Positions 9,377 through 20,144 of a stretch of 64,000 bases of DNA are shown here, piece after piece. The translations under genes and the position numbers were made by a program. Origin of the DNA: an uncultured Actinomycetes bacterium (GTDB lineage Bacteria > Actinomycetota > Actinomycetes > Acidothermales > Acidothermaceae); the NCBI GenBank assembly GCA_963799955.1, contig CAWCZJ010000009.1:37325-101324 (forward strand). The letters run 5' to 3'. A model generated the notes under the pieces. It worked only from the letters and a program-made list of their open reading frames with translations. It did not search any database and was not told the origin of the DNA. The first letter of the stretch is position 1; the number at the start of each line of letters is the position of its first letter.

Positions 9377-10942
9377 ATGGTCGCCGAAGCTCCCACGCCC
9401 GTGTTCGACAGCGGCGAGGTGATCAACAAAGGCCTGAAGACGGGTGCGCTCGGGCTCGTCTCGAGCATCGTCATCGGTGTCGCGTCGACCGCGCCCGCAT
9501 ACAGCCTGGCCGCCACCCTCGGCTTCGTCGTCCTGCTTGCAGGCACGCAGTCGGTGATCGTCGTCGATCCTGGCGTTCGTGCCGATTTTCCTAGTCTCGC
9601 TGGGTTACAAGGAACTGAACCGACGCGAGCCCGACTGCGGCACCACATTCACCTGGGGGACCAAGGCCTTCGGGCCGAAGACCGGTTGGCTCGGTGGCTG
9701 GGGCATCATCGCCGCCGACGTGCTGGTTATGGCGAGCCTCGCGCAGGTTGCGGGTCAGTACGGGTTCGACCTGTTCGGCGCCCACGGCATCGGGGGCAAC
9801 GCGACGAGCGGCTGGGTGCTGCTCGTCGGCATCATGTGGATCGTCGTCATGACCTGGATCTGTTACATCGGCATTGAGATCTCGGCGAACTTCCAGAAGA
9901 TCCTGCTGAGCATCGAGGTCGTCATGCTCGCCGTGTTCTCGGTGACGGCGCTGGTGAAGGTCTACACGAACAAGGGCACCGACGGCTCCAGCCACGTGAG
10001 CCTGTCGTGGTTCAACCCGGCCCACATCGGCATCACCAACTTCTTGCAAGGCATCCTGCTCATGCTCTTCATCTACTGGGGCTGGGACAGCGCAGTGTCG
10101 GTGAACGAGGAGACCAAGGACCGAGAGCGGACGCCCGGGCGTGCCGCTGTGATCTCCACCGTGCTCCTGCTGCGTGATCTATGCCTTGGTATCGGTCTCG
10201 ACGGTTGCGTTCGCGGGCGTTGGCGACAAGGGCATCGGCCTTGCCAACCCCGACAACTCCAGCGACGTCATCACGATTCTGGGTGGCGCAGTGTTCGGGT
10301 CGCACGGTGTCGGGCTGGTGTTCTCCAAGCTACTGATGCTGATGGTGCTTTCGTCGGCCGCGGCGTCGACCCAGACGACGATTTTGCCGACCGCCCGTAC
10401 GACCCTCGCGATGGCGGCGTACAAGGCGATCCCGAGGGCGTTCTCCAAGATCCACCCCCGGTACCTCACGCCGACGCGTGTCGACGCTCGCAATGGGCGG
10501 TGTCTCGATCGCTGCTCTACTTGCTGTTCAACTTCGTGGCGGCGGGCAACATCATTCCCGACTCGGTGACGGCGATCGGCTGGTTCATCGCCTTCTACTA
10601 CGGCCTCACCGGTTTCGCGTGCACCTGGTACTACCGTCACGAACTTCGACACAGCTCACGTGACCTTTGGGTCAAGGGCATCATCCCGTCGCTCGGCGGC
10701 GTCATGCTTTTCGGCGTCCTTATCGTGGACATGCGACTCGACTGGAACCCGGTACGGGCTACACCAGTTGGAGCATGCAGTTCTCGCCGCACTGGGCATC
10801 GGTGGCATCTTCCTCATCGCCGTGCTGACAGTCAATCGTGGGCGTGGTTCTCTTGCTGATCTCGATTCCGATCTACCGGCCGTTCTTCCGTGGCGAGGTG
10901 ATGTCGCCGGCGCCCGAACTCGCCGAGCACCTGATCGACTGA
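9377..10942 (+). pseudogene. APC-superfamily amino acid/polyamine permease, reading frame broken at least 6 times
   Basis: The permease sequence must be followed through ORFs 9233..9877, 9579..10859, 10174..10569, 10478..10663 and 10660..10998, then a final frame ending IVGVVLLLISIPIYRPFFRGEVMSPAPELAEHLID* at 10942. Frame switches lie near 9563, 10170, 10475, 10510, 10760 and 10835. Confidence 0.75.
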
Positions 10943-10948
10943 CGAACG

Positions 10949-10987
10949 GGTGGTTCGGCGGGAGCGGGCGGCTCTCGCCGAACCACC
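10949..10987 (+). terminator. Stem-loop directly after the permease stop
   Basis: A perfect 12-bp stem, ggtggttcggcg / cgccgaaccacc, encloses a 15-nt loop. It starts 7 nt after the TGA at 10940-10942. Confidence 0.5.
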
Positions 10988-11082
10988 GGGGGTTCTGAGC
11001 TGGCGGCTGGTGGCGGACGCCGGGACCGCCGTCGCCGACGCCAGCCCCGTCGTCCCGCCGAGGTTAGCCGAGGCAGTGAGAT

Positions 11083-11133
11083 GGTCCTTAGGCAGGCGTA
11101 CACACCTACCTAAGGACCACTACGCCTGCCTAA
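11083..11133 (-). terminator. Overlapping alternative stem-loops downstream of the ALDH gene
   Basis: ggtccttagg (11083-11092) pairs with cctaaggacc (11109-11118). ttaggcaggcgta (11088-11100) pairs with tacgcctgcctaa (11121-11133). The two helices share 11088-11092, so they exclude each other. Confidence 0.4.
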
Positions 11134-11170
11134 CGTGGTCAACTTCGAGCGGTGACCAGTAGCGCGCGAG

Positions 11171-12631
11171 TTACGCGTCGAGGTTGGTCATCACGTGCTT
11201 GATGCGCGTGTAGTCCTCGAAGCCGTACATCGAGAGGTCCTTGCCGTAGCCGCTGTGCTTGAAGCCGCCGTGCGGCATCTCCGCGATGAGCGGGATGTGC
11301 GTGTTGATCCACACGCAGCCGAAGTCGAGACGCTTCGCCATCCGCATCGCCCGCCCGTGATCGCGGGTCCAGACCGATGACGAGAGGCCGTACTCGACGC
11401 TGTTGGCCCACCGGACCGCTTCGTCTTCGTCGCTGAATTTCTGGACCGTGATGACCGGCCCGAAAACCTCGTCGGTGCACGATCTCGTCGCCCTGCCGCA
11501 AATCGGCAACGACCGTCGGCTCGTAGAAATAGCCACGGTCACCGATGCGGTGCCCACCAGCTAGCAACTGCGCGTGGTCGGGCAACCGGTCGACGAATCC
11601 GCTGACCCGTGCGAGCTGGTTCGCGTTGTTGACCGGGCCGTACGCGGCATCAGTATTGGACGGCGGGCCGACGACTGTGCCGCGGGCTTGCTCTGTCAGT
11701 GCAGCGACGAAGTCGCCATAGATGCCGGGTGCCGCGAGCACCCGGGTGGCAGCGGTGCAGTCCTGGCCGGCGTTGAAGTAGCCCGCCATCGCAATGCCCT
11801 CGGCGGTCTTTTCGAGGTCCGCATCATCGAAGACGACGACCGGCGCCTTCCCGCCCAGCTCGAGGTGCACGCGCTTGAGATCGCGCGCGGCCGCGCCGGC
11901 GACTTCCATGCCCGCGCGCACGCTGCCGGTGATGGAGACCATGCTCGGCGTGCGGTGCTCAACCAGCAGCCGCCCCGTGTCGCGTTCGCCGCACACGACG
12001 TTCAGCACGCCCGGCGGAAGGAACTCCGCTGCGATTTCGGCCATCAGCAGCGCGGTCACCGGCGTCGTGTCCGACGGCTTCGAGCACGACCGCATTGCCC
12101 GCCGCGATCGCGGGCGCCCACTTCCAGACGGCCATCATCATCGGGTAGTTCCAGGGCGTTACCTGCGCGCACACGCCGATCGGTTCACGCCTGATGAATG
12201 AGGTGAAACCGGCCATGTACTCCCCCGCGGCCTTACCTTCGAGCACGCGCGCAGCGCCCGCGAAGAAGCGGATCTGGTCGACCATCGGCGGCAGCTCTTC
12301 TGAGGCCGTCAGGGCAAGCGGCTTGCCGGTGTTCTGCGACTCCGCGGCGACAATCTCGTCGGCCCGCGCCTCGATAGCGTCGGCGATGCGCAGCAGCGCA
12401 CGTTGCCTGACAGACGGGGTGGCATCGCGCCAGACCTCGAAGCCCCGCTCCGCCGCGCGCATCGCGCAGATCGACATCGGCCGTCTCCGACACCGGCGCG
12501 GTCGCGAATACCTCCCCGGTGCTCGGGTCGACGATGCCGCTGGTCACGCCCGCCTCAGTGTCGACGTACGCGCCATCGACGAAATTGCGCAGCACGGTGG
12601 TTCTAGGAAGCGCAGTGGGTCCGGCGGCCAT
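11171..12631 (-). pseudogene. NAD-dependent aldehyde dehydrogenase (aminobutyraldehyde dehydrogenase-like), 3 frame breaks
   Basis: ATG at 12631 is preceded by AAGGAG. The protein runs through ORFs 12233..12859 (MAAGPTALPRTTVLRNFVDGAY...), 11959..12477 (...VTPWNYPMMMAVWKWAPAIAAGNAVVLE), 11139..12095 (...ELGGKAP...) and 11171..11557 (...EVFGPV...PHGGFKHSGYGKD...). Switches lie near 12480, 12090 and 11500. Confidence 0.8.
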
Positions 12632-12798
12632 CTCTATCTCCTTACGGCGAGGGTGCCGACAGCGTAGCTGGGCGAGAGCGCTTGCGGGAGACGAGAACAT
12701 CAGTGATATCGAGGATCGACCATTGATTCCGTGGGTGCGCGGGCCACCGACTACGGAATCGCTTGCACCGCGTCGTGGGTCGGGGCCATGATTGCCAA

Positions 12799-13278
12799 AT
12801 GACCCCACGCGAACGACCGGTGGCATCTGCCGGCGTCCTCGATGAGGTCTCGAAAGCAATTATCGAACAACTGCAGCAAGACGGGCGACGGTCCTACGCG
12901 ACGATCGCCCAAGCCGTCGGGTTGTCCGAAGCGGCAGTGCGGCAACGCGTTCAAAGGTTACTCAAGAGCGGTGTTATCCAGATCGTGGCCGTGACGGATC
13001 CGCTCCAGTTGGGGTTCCCGCGGCAGGCAATGATCGGATTGCGCGTCGAGGGCGACATCGAGGCCGTGGCCGATGAGTTGGAGAAGTTTCCCGAGGTCGA
13101 CTACGTCGTGGTCACCGCGGGTTCGTTCGACCTGCTGGTCGAAACCGTCTGCGAGGACGACGACCACTTGCTCGAGCTTCTGAACGGTCGGATCCGGGCC
13201 ATCCCGGCCGTCCGCAGCACCGAGACGTTCGTCTATCTCAAGCTTCGTAAGCAGACATACACCTGGGGGACCAGATGA
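12799..13278 (+). CDS. lrp: Lrp/AsnC family transcriptional regulator
   Basis: LDEVSKAIIEQLQQDGRRSYATIAQAVGLSEAAVRQRVQRL is the HTH, followed by an AsnC-type ligand domain. The gene diverges from the ALDH gene and is intact. Confidence 0.85.
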   Translation: MTPRERPVASAGVLDEVSKAIIEQLQQDGRRSYATIAQAVGLSEAAVRQRVQRLLKSGVIQIVAVTDPLQLGFPRQAMIGLRVEGDIEAVADELEKFPEVDYVVVTAGSFDLLVETVCEDDDHLLELLNGRIRAIPAVRSTETFVYLKLRKQTYTWGTR

Positions 13279-14676
13279 CCACGCCACAAGACGTCCACAG
13301 CGCCGACATCGCCAACGCCGCGGCGTTGCAAGAGGCGGCCCGCCGCCACCTTTGGATGCACTTCACTCGCATGTCGTCCTACACAGACCACGACGTGCCG
13401 ATCATCGTCCGCGGCGAAGGCGCCTACGTGTACGACAGCAAAGGCCGTCGTTACCTCGACGGACTTGCCGGCCTCTTCGTCAGCATGGTCGGTCACGGCC
13501 GCGACGAGATCGCCGAGGCGGCCGCGCGGCAATCGAAGGAGCTCGCGTACTTCCCGTTGTGGAGTTACGCCCACCCACGCGCGATCGAATTGGCCGAGCG
13601 GCTGGCGAACCTCGCCCCCGGCGATCTGAACCGGGTCTTCTTCACCACCGGCGGCTCCGAGGCCGTCGAATCGGCATGGAAGCTGGCTCGCCAGTACTTC
13701 CGCGCAATCGGCCAGCCGAGCCGATACAAGGTCATCAGCCGAGACATCGCCTATCACGGCGCCACCATGGGCGCGCTGTCGATTACCGGCCTGCCCGCCA
13801 TCAAGAACGTGTTCGAACCGCTGGTCCCGGGATCCGTGCGCGTTCCGAACACCAACTTCTATCGCGCCCCTGAGCACGGCGATGATCTCGTGGCGTTCGG
13901 CCAATGGGCTGCTGACGAAATCGAACGCGCGATCCTGCGTGAAGGGCCCGAGTCGGTCGCCGCGGTCTACCTCGAGCCGGTGCAGAACTCAGGTGGCTGT
14001 TTCCCGCCGCCGCCTGGCTATTTCCAGCGCGTGCGGGAGATCTGCGACCGGCACGGCGTGCTGCTGGTCTCTGACGAAACCATCTGCGCATTCGGGCGGC
14101 TTGGCTACTACTTCGCCGCGGATCGCTACGGCTACCAGCCCGACATCATCACCGTCGCCAAGGGCATGACGTCGGGATACGCACCGATCGGCGCGATGAT
14201 CGCATCCGACCGCATCATGGAGCCTTTCCTCAAGGACACGTCGACCTTCTTGCACGGCATCACGTTCGGTGGCCATCCGGTCAGCTGCGCGGTCGCCCTC
14301 GCCAATCTCGACGTCTTCGAGAAGGAAGATCTGCTCGGTCACGTGCTATCGACCGAAGACAAGTTCCGCGCCACGCTGAACAAGCTCAACGACCTGCCCG
14401 ATCGTGGGCGAGGTCCGTGGCGACGGTTACTTCTACGGCATCGAACTCGTGAAGGACAAGGCGACGAGAGAGACCTTCGACGACGCGGAGTCGGAGCGAC
14501 TGCTTCGCGGTTTCCTGTCGGGCGCGCTCTTCGAGGCCGGCCTGATCTGTCGCGCCGACGATCGCGGTGACCCGGTGATCCAGCTCGCGCCGCCGCTGAT
14601 CATCGACCAGCCCGAGTTCGATTTCATCGAGCAGACTTTGCGATCGGTGCTGACGGAGGCCTGGTCGATCCTGTGA
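13275..14676 (+). CDS. Class-III omega-aminotransferase (putrescine/diamine:pyruvate type), one frame break near 14400
   Basis: ORF 13275..14570 (HLWMHFTRM..., GGSEAVESAWKLARQY, LLVSDETICAFGRLG, TVAKGMTSGY) loses sense after LNKLNDLP. It continues as IVGEVRGDGYFYGIELV...QLAPPLII... in ORF 14404..14676. Confidence 0.85.
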
Positions 14677-15330
14677 CAGCTCCGCGAAGCGACGGCTTTG
14701 AGCGGACCAAAGTGCGACGACTGCCCGAGAAGCAAGTGACCGAGCGTTCAGTTCTGAATGCGATTCTCGACGCCGCTCGCGTCGCGCACGTCGGCGTAGC
14801 CGACGCCGATGGTCAGACGTACGTGGTGCCCGTCGCGTTCGCTCGCGATGGCGACGACTTGCTGATCCACGGCTCGACGGGCAGCAGGCTCTTTCGCGCA
14901 CTTGCTGCAGGCGTCGCCAACATGTGTGACCGTCACGATTCTCGACGGCATGGTGCTCGCGCGCTCGGCATTCGAATCCTCCATGCACTACCGCAGCGCG
15001 ATGATGTTCGGCACCTGCGAAAGCGTGCCGGCCGACGACGTCGGGCGATGTCTCGAAGTGCTCACCGAACACCTGATGCCGGGCCGCTGGGCAGAGCTAC
15101 GTCCACCGACCGCAAAGGAACTGGCGGCGACAACGCTTGCTCCGCATGCCGCTGCGCGAATGGTCGGTCAAGGTGAGCGACGGTTGGCCCGACGACCCAG
15201 ACGAGGATTTGGGCGAGCCGGTGTGGGCCGGCGTGCTTCCGATCGAGTCATCGTTCGGCCCCCCGTACCGACACCGGATCTGCAAGAGCACTACGAGCCG
15301 CCGGCCTACCTCGCGCGCTGGACACCGTGA
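14673..15330 (+). pseudogene. Pyridoxamine 5'-phosphate oxidase-family (FMN-binding split-barrel) protein, about 3 frame breaks
   Basis: The sequence runs through ORF 14673..15176 (VLNAILDAARVAHVGVADADGQTYVVPVAFARDGDDLLIHGS), ORF 14902..15330 (TVTILDGMVLARSAFESSMHYRSAMMFG), ORF 15137.. (WSVKVSDGWPDDPDED) and back again. Confidence 0.6.
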
Positions 15331-15334
15331 GTTC

Positions 15335-16702
15335 GTGACCGCCACGTTGACTACCGGACACGAAGCTTCTGGCTCGACGACCTCGCTTCGTCGGGTGGCA
15401 CTCTCGCTCGGCGGCCGGCGTTGCCTGGCGCGCGTGACGTTGATGTCGCGATCGTCGGAGCCGGGTTCACCGGCTTGTGGACCGCCTACTACCTCCTCGA
15501 GCGCGACCCCACACTTCGGGTTGTTCTGTTGGAGAAGGAAATTGCCGGCTTCGGTGCATCGGGCCGCAACGGTGGTTGGTGCAGCGCACTGTTTCCCGCC
15601 TCGATGGAGAAGATCGCAGCGCAGTCGTCGCGCGCATGCCGCGATTGCACTTCGCCAGGCGATGCAGCCACAGCGTCGATGAGATCGGAGCAGTCGCCAA
15701 CGCGAACGGGATCGACTGCGGATACGCGAAGGGCGGCACGATCTCCCTGATTCGCAGCCGCGCCCAGATCGCGCGGGCCCGCGAGAAACTCGAGCACGCG
15801 CGCTCGTGGGGCGAAGACAGTGACGACATCTCGCTTGCTCGACGCTGCTGAGGCACGCACGCGGTTGAATGCGACTGACGTGATCGGTGCGTTGTTCACG
15901 CCGCACTGCGCCGCGATACATCCGGCGAAACTCGTGCGTGGGCTCGCAGAGTTGGTAGAACGACGCGGTGCCACGATCTACGAAGGCACGACGGTCACCG
16001 CGATCTCGCCGCATCGCGTCGATACCCGGAACGGCGTCGTGCGGGCCGATGTCGTCGTCCGTGCCACCGAGGGCTACACGCCAACGATCCGTGGATACCG
16101 TCGCGCGTTGGTGCCGGTCTATTCGTTGATGATGGCCACCGAGCCGCTGCCCGCATCCTTCTGGGACGACGTGGGGTTGCGCGAGCGTGAGACGTTCAAC
16201 GACCTGCGGCATCTCATCATCTACGGCCAGCGCACGGCCGACGATCGGCTTGCGTTCGGCGGGCGTGGCGCGCCGTACCACTTCGGCTCGCGCGTCGAAC
16301 CGTCTTACGATCGCGAGCCCGCAGTGTTCGACGCGCTGCGCCGCATCGTCGTCGAGTTGTTCCCCGCACTCGCCGACGTCGACCGTCACTCACACATGGG
16401 GCGGACCACTCGGCGTCCCGCGTGATTGGTTTGCGTCTGTTGGTCTTGACCGCGCGACCGGGCTCGGATGGGCCGGCGGCTACGTCGGCGATGGCGTCGC
16501 GACGTCGAACCTCGCGGGCCGTACCTTGGCCGATCTCATCACCGAACACGACACCGAACTGACAGCGTTGCCGTGGGTCAACCATCACAGCCGGCAGTGG
16601 GAGCCCGAACCGTTGCGGTGGGTCGGGGTCAACGCGGGCGTGCGGGTGATGAGCTCGGCCGACGGAGTCGAGAGTCGCACCGGCAAGCATCGTACGGGCT
16701 AA
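15335..16702 (+). pseudogene. FAD-dependent oxidoreductase (DAO family, gamma-glutamylputrescine oxidase-like), about 5 frame breaks
   Basis: The FAD motif [18 protein letters not shown]...GASGRNGGW is in ORF 15421..15750. The remainder is spread over ORFs 15137.., 15477.., 15820..16425 and 16187..16702 (...GWAGGYVGDGVATSNLAGRTLADLI...). Confidence 0.7.
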
Positions 16703-16748
16703 GGCGTTCAGTCGACTTCTCGGCGACTAACCCGACCAAGACCGTCGA

Positions 16749-17048
16749 CTACTGGTGCAAGAGCTCGACCGCGTCCGCGACACGAGCGCGAAAGGCATCG
16801 ACCTGGTCGATCTCGTAGCCGCCCTTGAGCGAGACCTGGCGGAAGTCTCGGTCGCGAATTTGAGCTGGCGTAAACGGCACTGCGGATACGGCGAGACTCG
16901 CGATAATGGCGTCGAGGAAATCGTCAACCTCACGCTCGTCGTAGCCGCGGTGAAACCGCGTCGGCCTGAACTGCACATTCTTGATTCGCGCTATCAATGC
17001 GCCGCGCTCAGTGGGCAGTGGCTCGAAGGTAGTCCATGACTCACGCAC
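16749..17048 (-). CDS. DivIVA-domain protein (two short DivIVA N-terminal-like repeats)
   Basis: [27 protein letters not shown] and [22 protein letters not shown] are the two repeats. A GTG at 17048 overlaps the rlmN stop (GTGCGTGA). The start is uncertain. Confidence 0.55.
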   Translation of the reverse strand: MRESWTTFEPLPTERGALIARIKNVQFRPTRFHRGYDEREVDDFLDAIIASLAVSAVPFTPAQIRDRDFRQVSLKGGYEIDQVDAFRARVADAVELLHQ

Positions 17049-18287
17049 CCTCGGCAGACGACGACGCGGTCGGCTGGGTGTCGGTCGCCAGCTGGCCACA
17101 GGCACCTTCGATCTCGCGCCCCCGCGTGTCGCGAACCGTCACCGTCACGCCCTGATTCTCCAGCCCACGAACGAAAGCCTTCTCGTCCTTGCTCCGCGAC
17201 GCCGTCCATATCGAACCTGGCGTGGGATTGAGCGGAATCAGATTGACGTGCACGAGGTGGCCGAGCTTCTCCCGCAGCAGCTGACCGAGCATGTCGGCCC
17301 GCCACGCCTGATCGTTGATGTCGCGGATCAACGCGTACTCGATCGACACCCGCCGCTTCGTCGCGTCGACATAGCGCGCCGCCGCGTCGAGCACCTCGGC
17401 GACTTTCCAACGGGTGTTGATCGGCACCAACGTGTCGCGCAACTCATCGTCGGGCGCATGCAACGACACGGCGAGCGTCACGTTCAGGCCCTCGGCCGTC
17501 AGCTTGTCGATGGCCGGCACCAGACCGACGGTCGACACGGTGATTCCGCGCTGCGAAATGCCAAGGCCATCAGGCGCGGGGTCAGTCAGACGGCGGACGG
17601 CGCCGAGCACCGCGTTGTAGTTCGCCAGCGGCTCGCCCATGCCCATGAAGACCACGTTGGAAATGCGGCCTGCGCCACCCGGAATCTCCCCGCGTGCCAT
17701 CGCTCGCGCACCGGCGACGACCTGCTCGACGATCTCGCCCGTCGACAGGTTGCGAGTCGAGGCCGGCCTGGCCGGTCGCGCAGAACGGGCAGTTCATCCC
17801 GCAACCTGCCTGGCTCGAGACGCAGATGGTGACCCGGTCGCGCCCACGCGTCGTCGGCGCGGGGCGAGCCGGCGATTCAGACGGCAACAACTCGTCGTCC
17901 GACTCATCGCCTAGCTCAGCCAGCGGCCGGACCCGCAGGTCCGAAGTAGCGCATCAGCACCGACTCGACGAGCGTGCCGTCGAAGAGCCGCCAGACGGTC
18001 TTGCGGGTCGCGCCGTCGTCGCAGGTGATCTCGCGCACCGGCGTGAGAAGGGTGGGCATCAACGCGCCGACCAGCGCCTCACGCGACGCGGCCGGGACGT
18101 CGGTCATGGCCTCGGGGTCGTCGACCAGCCGGCTGAAGTAGTGGTTCGAGAGCTGCGAGGCGCGAAATGGCGGTTGGCCGAGTTCACCGACGGCGGCCCG
18201 ACGGTCGGCAGGTGACAGATCGGCCAGGTGACGCGGCGGCTTGGCGCGGCGCGGTGCGACGAAAAGCAGTTCTCCGGGGGCAGGCAT
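17041..18287 (-). CDS. rlmN: 23S rRNA/tRNA (adenine-C2)-methyltransferase RlmN (radical SAM), two frame breaks as assembled
   Basis: The N-terminus is in ORF 17916..18632 (ATG at 18287; [11 protein letters not shown]...). [22 protein letters not shown] is in ORF 17582..17890. The remainder ([13 protein letters not shown]...GMGEPLANY...IPLNP...) is in the frame of ORF 17041..17700. Breaks lie near 17925 and 17769. Confidence 0.85.
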
Positions 18288-18399
18288 GGTGCGTCCAGTC
18301 TCCCCTACCTCGAGGAACGGCGCCTCAAGGACCGGCGCCGGCGCTCCGACAAGGGAGGAGGAGCGGTGCCCGTCCGCCCACCCGACCACAGGAGTCTTG

Positions 18400-19454
18400 A
18401 TGGGTCTCGGCCACGACATCAGTCGCGAGTTCATCGCGGTGCCCGACGGCGCCAAGGGGCAGCTGCTTTTCAAGTGGCCCGACCACCAGATCCGCCGTTT
18501 CACAAGCGCAATCGTGGACGTCGATGAGCTGGCCATCTTCATTTCGCAAGGTCGCGTCATCGGACTCCTACAACCCGGTCGACACCAGATCGACGCGACC
18601 GAGCTGCCCTTCCTCGGCGATGTCGCCGACAAGCTGAGCGGCGGAAACGCCTACGATTCCGAGCTTTTCTTCGTCAGCACCCACGAATTCCCCGACCTCA
18701 CGTTCGGAGGTCCGGTCGACTCGGTGCGCGACCCGGAGACCCGACTCGTCGTGCAGCTGCGGGCCTACGGCGACTTCTCCCTTCAGGTCGTCGACCCGGC
18801 CGCGCTCATCACGAAACTGACCGGCAGCGTCGATCTCGCCGACCCCTCGGCCGTCGTCGCGTGGGCCTCCGACCAGGTGCTCAAGGCGGTCCGCACGGTC
18901 GTCGTCGGGCACGTCGTCAACGACGGGTGGCCGGTTCTCGGCCTGGCGGCCCGCACTCCCGACATCGAGGCCGGCACGGTTCTGGCTGCAAACCAGGCGC
19001 TTGCCACTTACGGCATCCGGGTGAACCGGCTCGGCAACGTCACCGTCAGCGTGTCCGACGAGGACGCCGAGCAGCTGCGCACGCTGGCTCGCGACACCGC
19101 CTACACCGCGTTGACCGGCTCGTTCGGCGCCTACGCCCAAGGCGAGGCACTGCTCGGGGCCGGCAAGGGGATGGCCAACGGCCAGGGTGGCGGCAACGAA
19201 GCTCTCGGCATCGCCTCGCTCGGACTCGGCGCCGGCGTTCTCGGCGCGTTTGCCGGCGCGCAGCAGCCGGCAGCCGCACCCGCGCCCGCCGCGGCTGCCG
19301 CCGTTGCACCCGCTGCCGCCCGCTGCACCTACTGCCACGGCGACCGCCGCGCCGCGCCATCGCGCCGGCGTTCTGCTCCCACTGCGGACATTCGCTCGCA
19401 GCGGGCGCTCTGTTCTGCTCGGCCTGCGGCACCGCCGTCCCCGCCTCGCAGTGA
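18400..19454 (+). CDS. SPFH/band-7 family protein of the COG4260 (YdjI-like) type with C-terminal zinc ribbon; frame break near 19350
   Basis: ATG at 18400 follows ggag. [17 protein letters not shown]...[10 protein letters not shown]...[12 protein letters not shown] is followed by a Gly/Ala/Pro linker. The C-terminus CTYCHG... is in one frame and [23 protein letters not shown] is in the frame of ORF 18861..19454. Confidence 0.75.
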
Positions 19455-19476
19455 TGTTGAGAGGCGTGAGCGTCGC

Positions 19477-20132
19477 GTGAGCCTGTTCAAGAAGCGCGAC
19501 GACGAGGCATCGCGATTGCAGTCGTTCGTGCTTGGATCCAGCCGCGACGGGCGCCCCAAGCGCCATCGGAGTCGCCGGTGACGTCGACATCGCGGCCATT
19601 CAGCGAGTCGACGCGACGTTTGATCCGAAGCTCTTCCTTGCGGGTGCGACTTCGCTGTTCACCGACGTCCGCGCCGCCCTGAGCGCGGGAACCATCGACC
19701 CGGTCGCCGGCCGGCTCGTCGCCCGAGCTCACCTCGATGTTCGGCAACCAGTTGCAATACGCATTGACCTCGGGACATCAGCTCACGATGAGCTCGATCG
19801 ACCAGGTGACGGCGACATTGCGCGGCGTCGAGGCCGACAGCACGGGCAGCATCGTCTGCCTGGTCAGATACGACGTGGTCGGCCGGATGGGTCTGGTGGC
19901 TCTGGGCGCCAGCGTGCCGCCGGCGAGCCAACTCGCGGCGATGCCCGAGCGTCCCTGGTTCGAGACCTGGCGGCTGACCCGACCGGCCGGCCTGACGAGT
20001 CCCCCGCTGCCCGCGACCTGCCCTTCGTGCGGCGCTCCAGCGACGGGTGAGACGCACTGCGCCTACTGCCATGCCCTGCTGGTCGACGCGACCGCGCAGT
20101 TCCAGGTCGAGCACATCGAGTGCATGGGCTAA
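19477..20132 (+). CDS. Tim44-like domain protein with C-terminal zinc ribbon; two frame breaks
   Basis: A GTG at 19477 starts VSLFKKRDDEASRLQSF. This continues as FDPKLFLAGATSLFTDVRAALSAG (ORF 19532..) and then SPELTSMFGNQLQYAL...CPSCGAPATGETHCAYCHALL (ORF 19737..20132). Breaks lie near 19535 and 19725. Confidence 0.55.
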
Positions 20133-20144
20133 ACGCTCGTTCCA

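Noticed and set aside
12725-12760. The inverted repeat gattccgt-N20-acggaatc in the ALDH/lrp divergent region, as an Lrp operator
   Set aside because: The arms are only 8 bp and the spacer is long and GC-rich. Lrp/AsnC sites are usually AT-rich 13-15-mers. It may be a binding site, but the evidence is too thin for a feature call.
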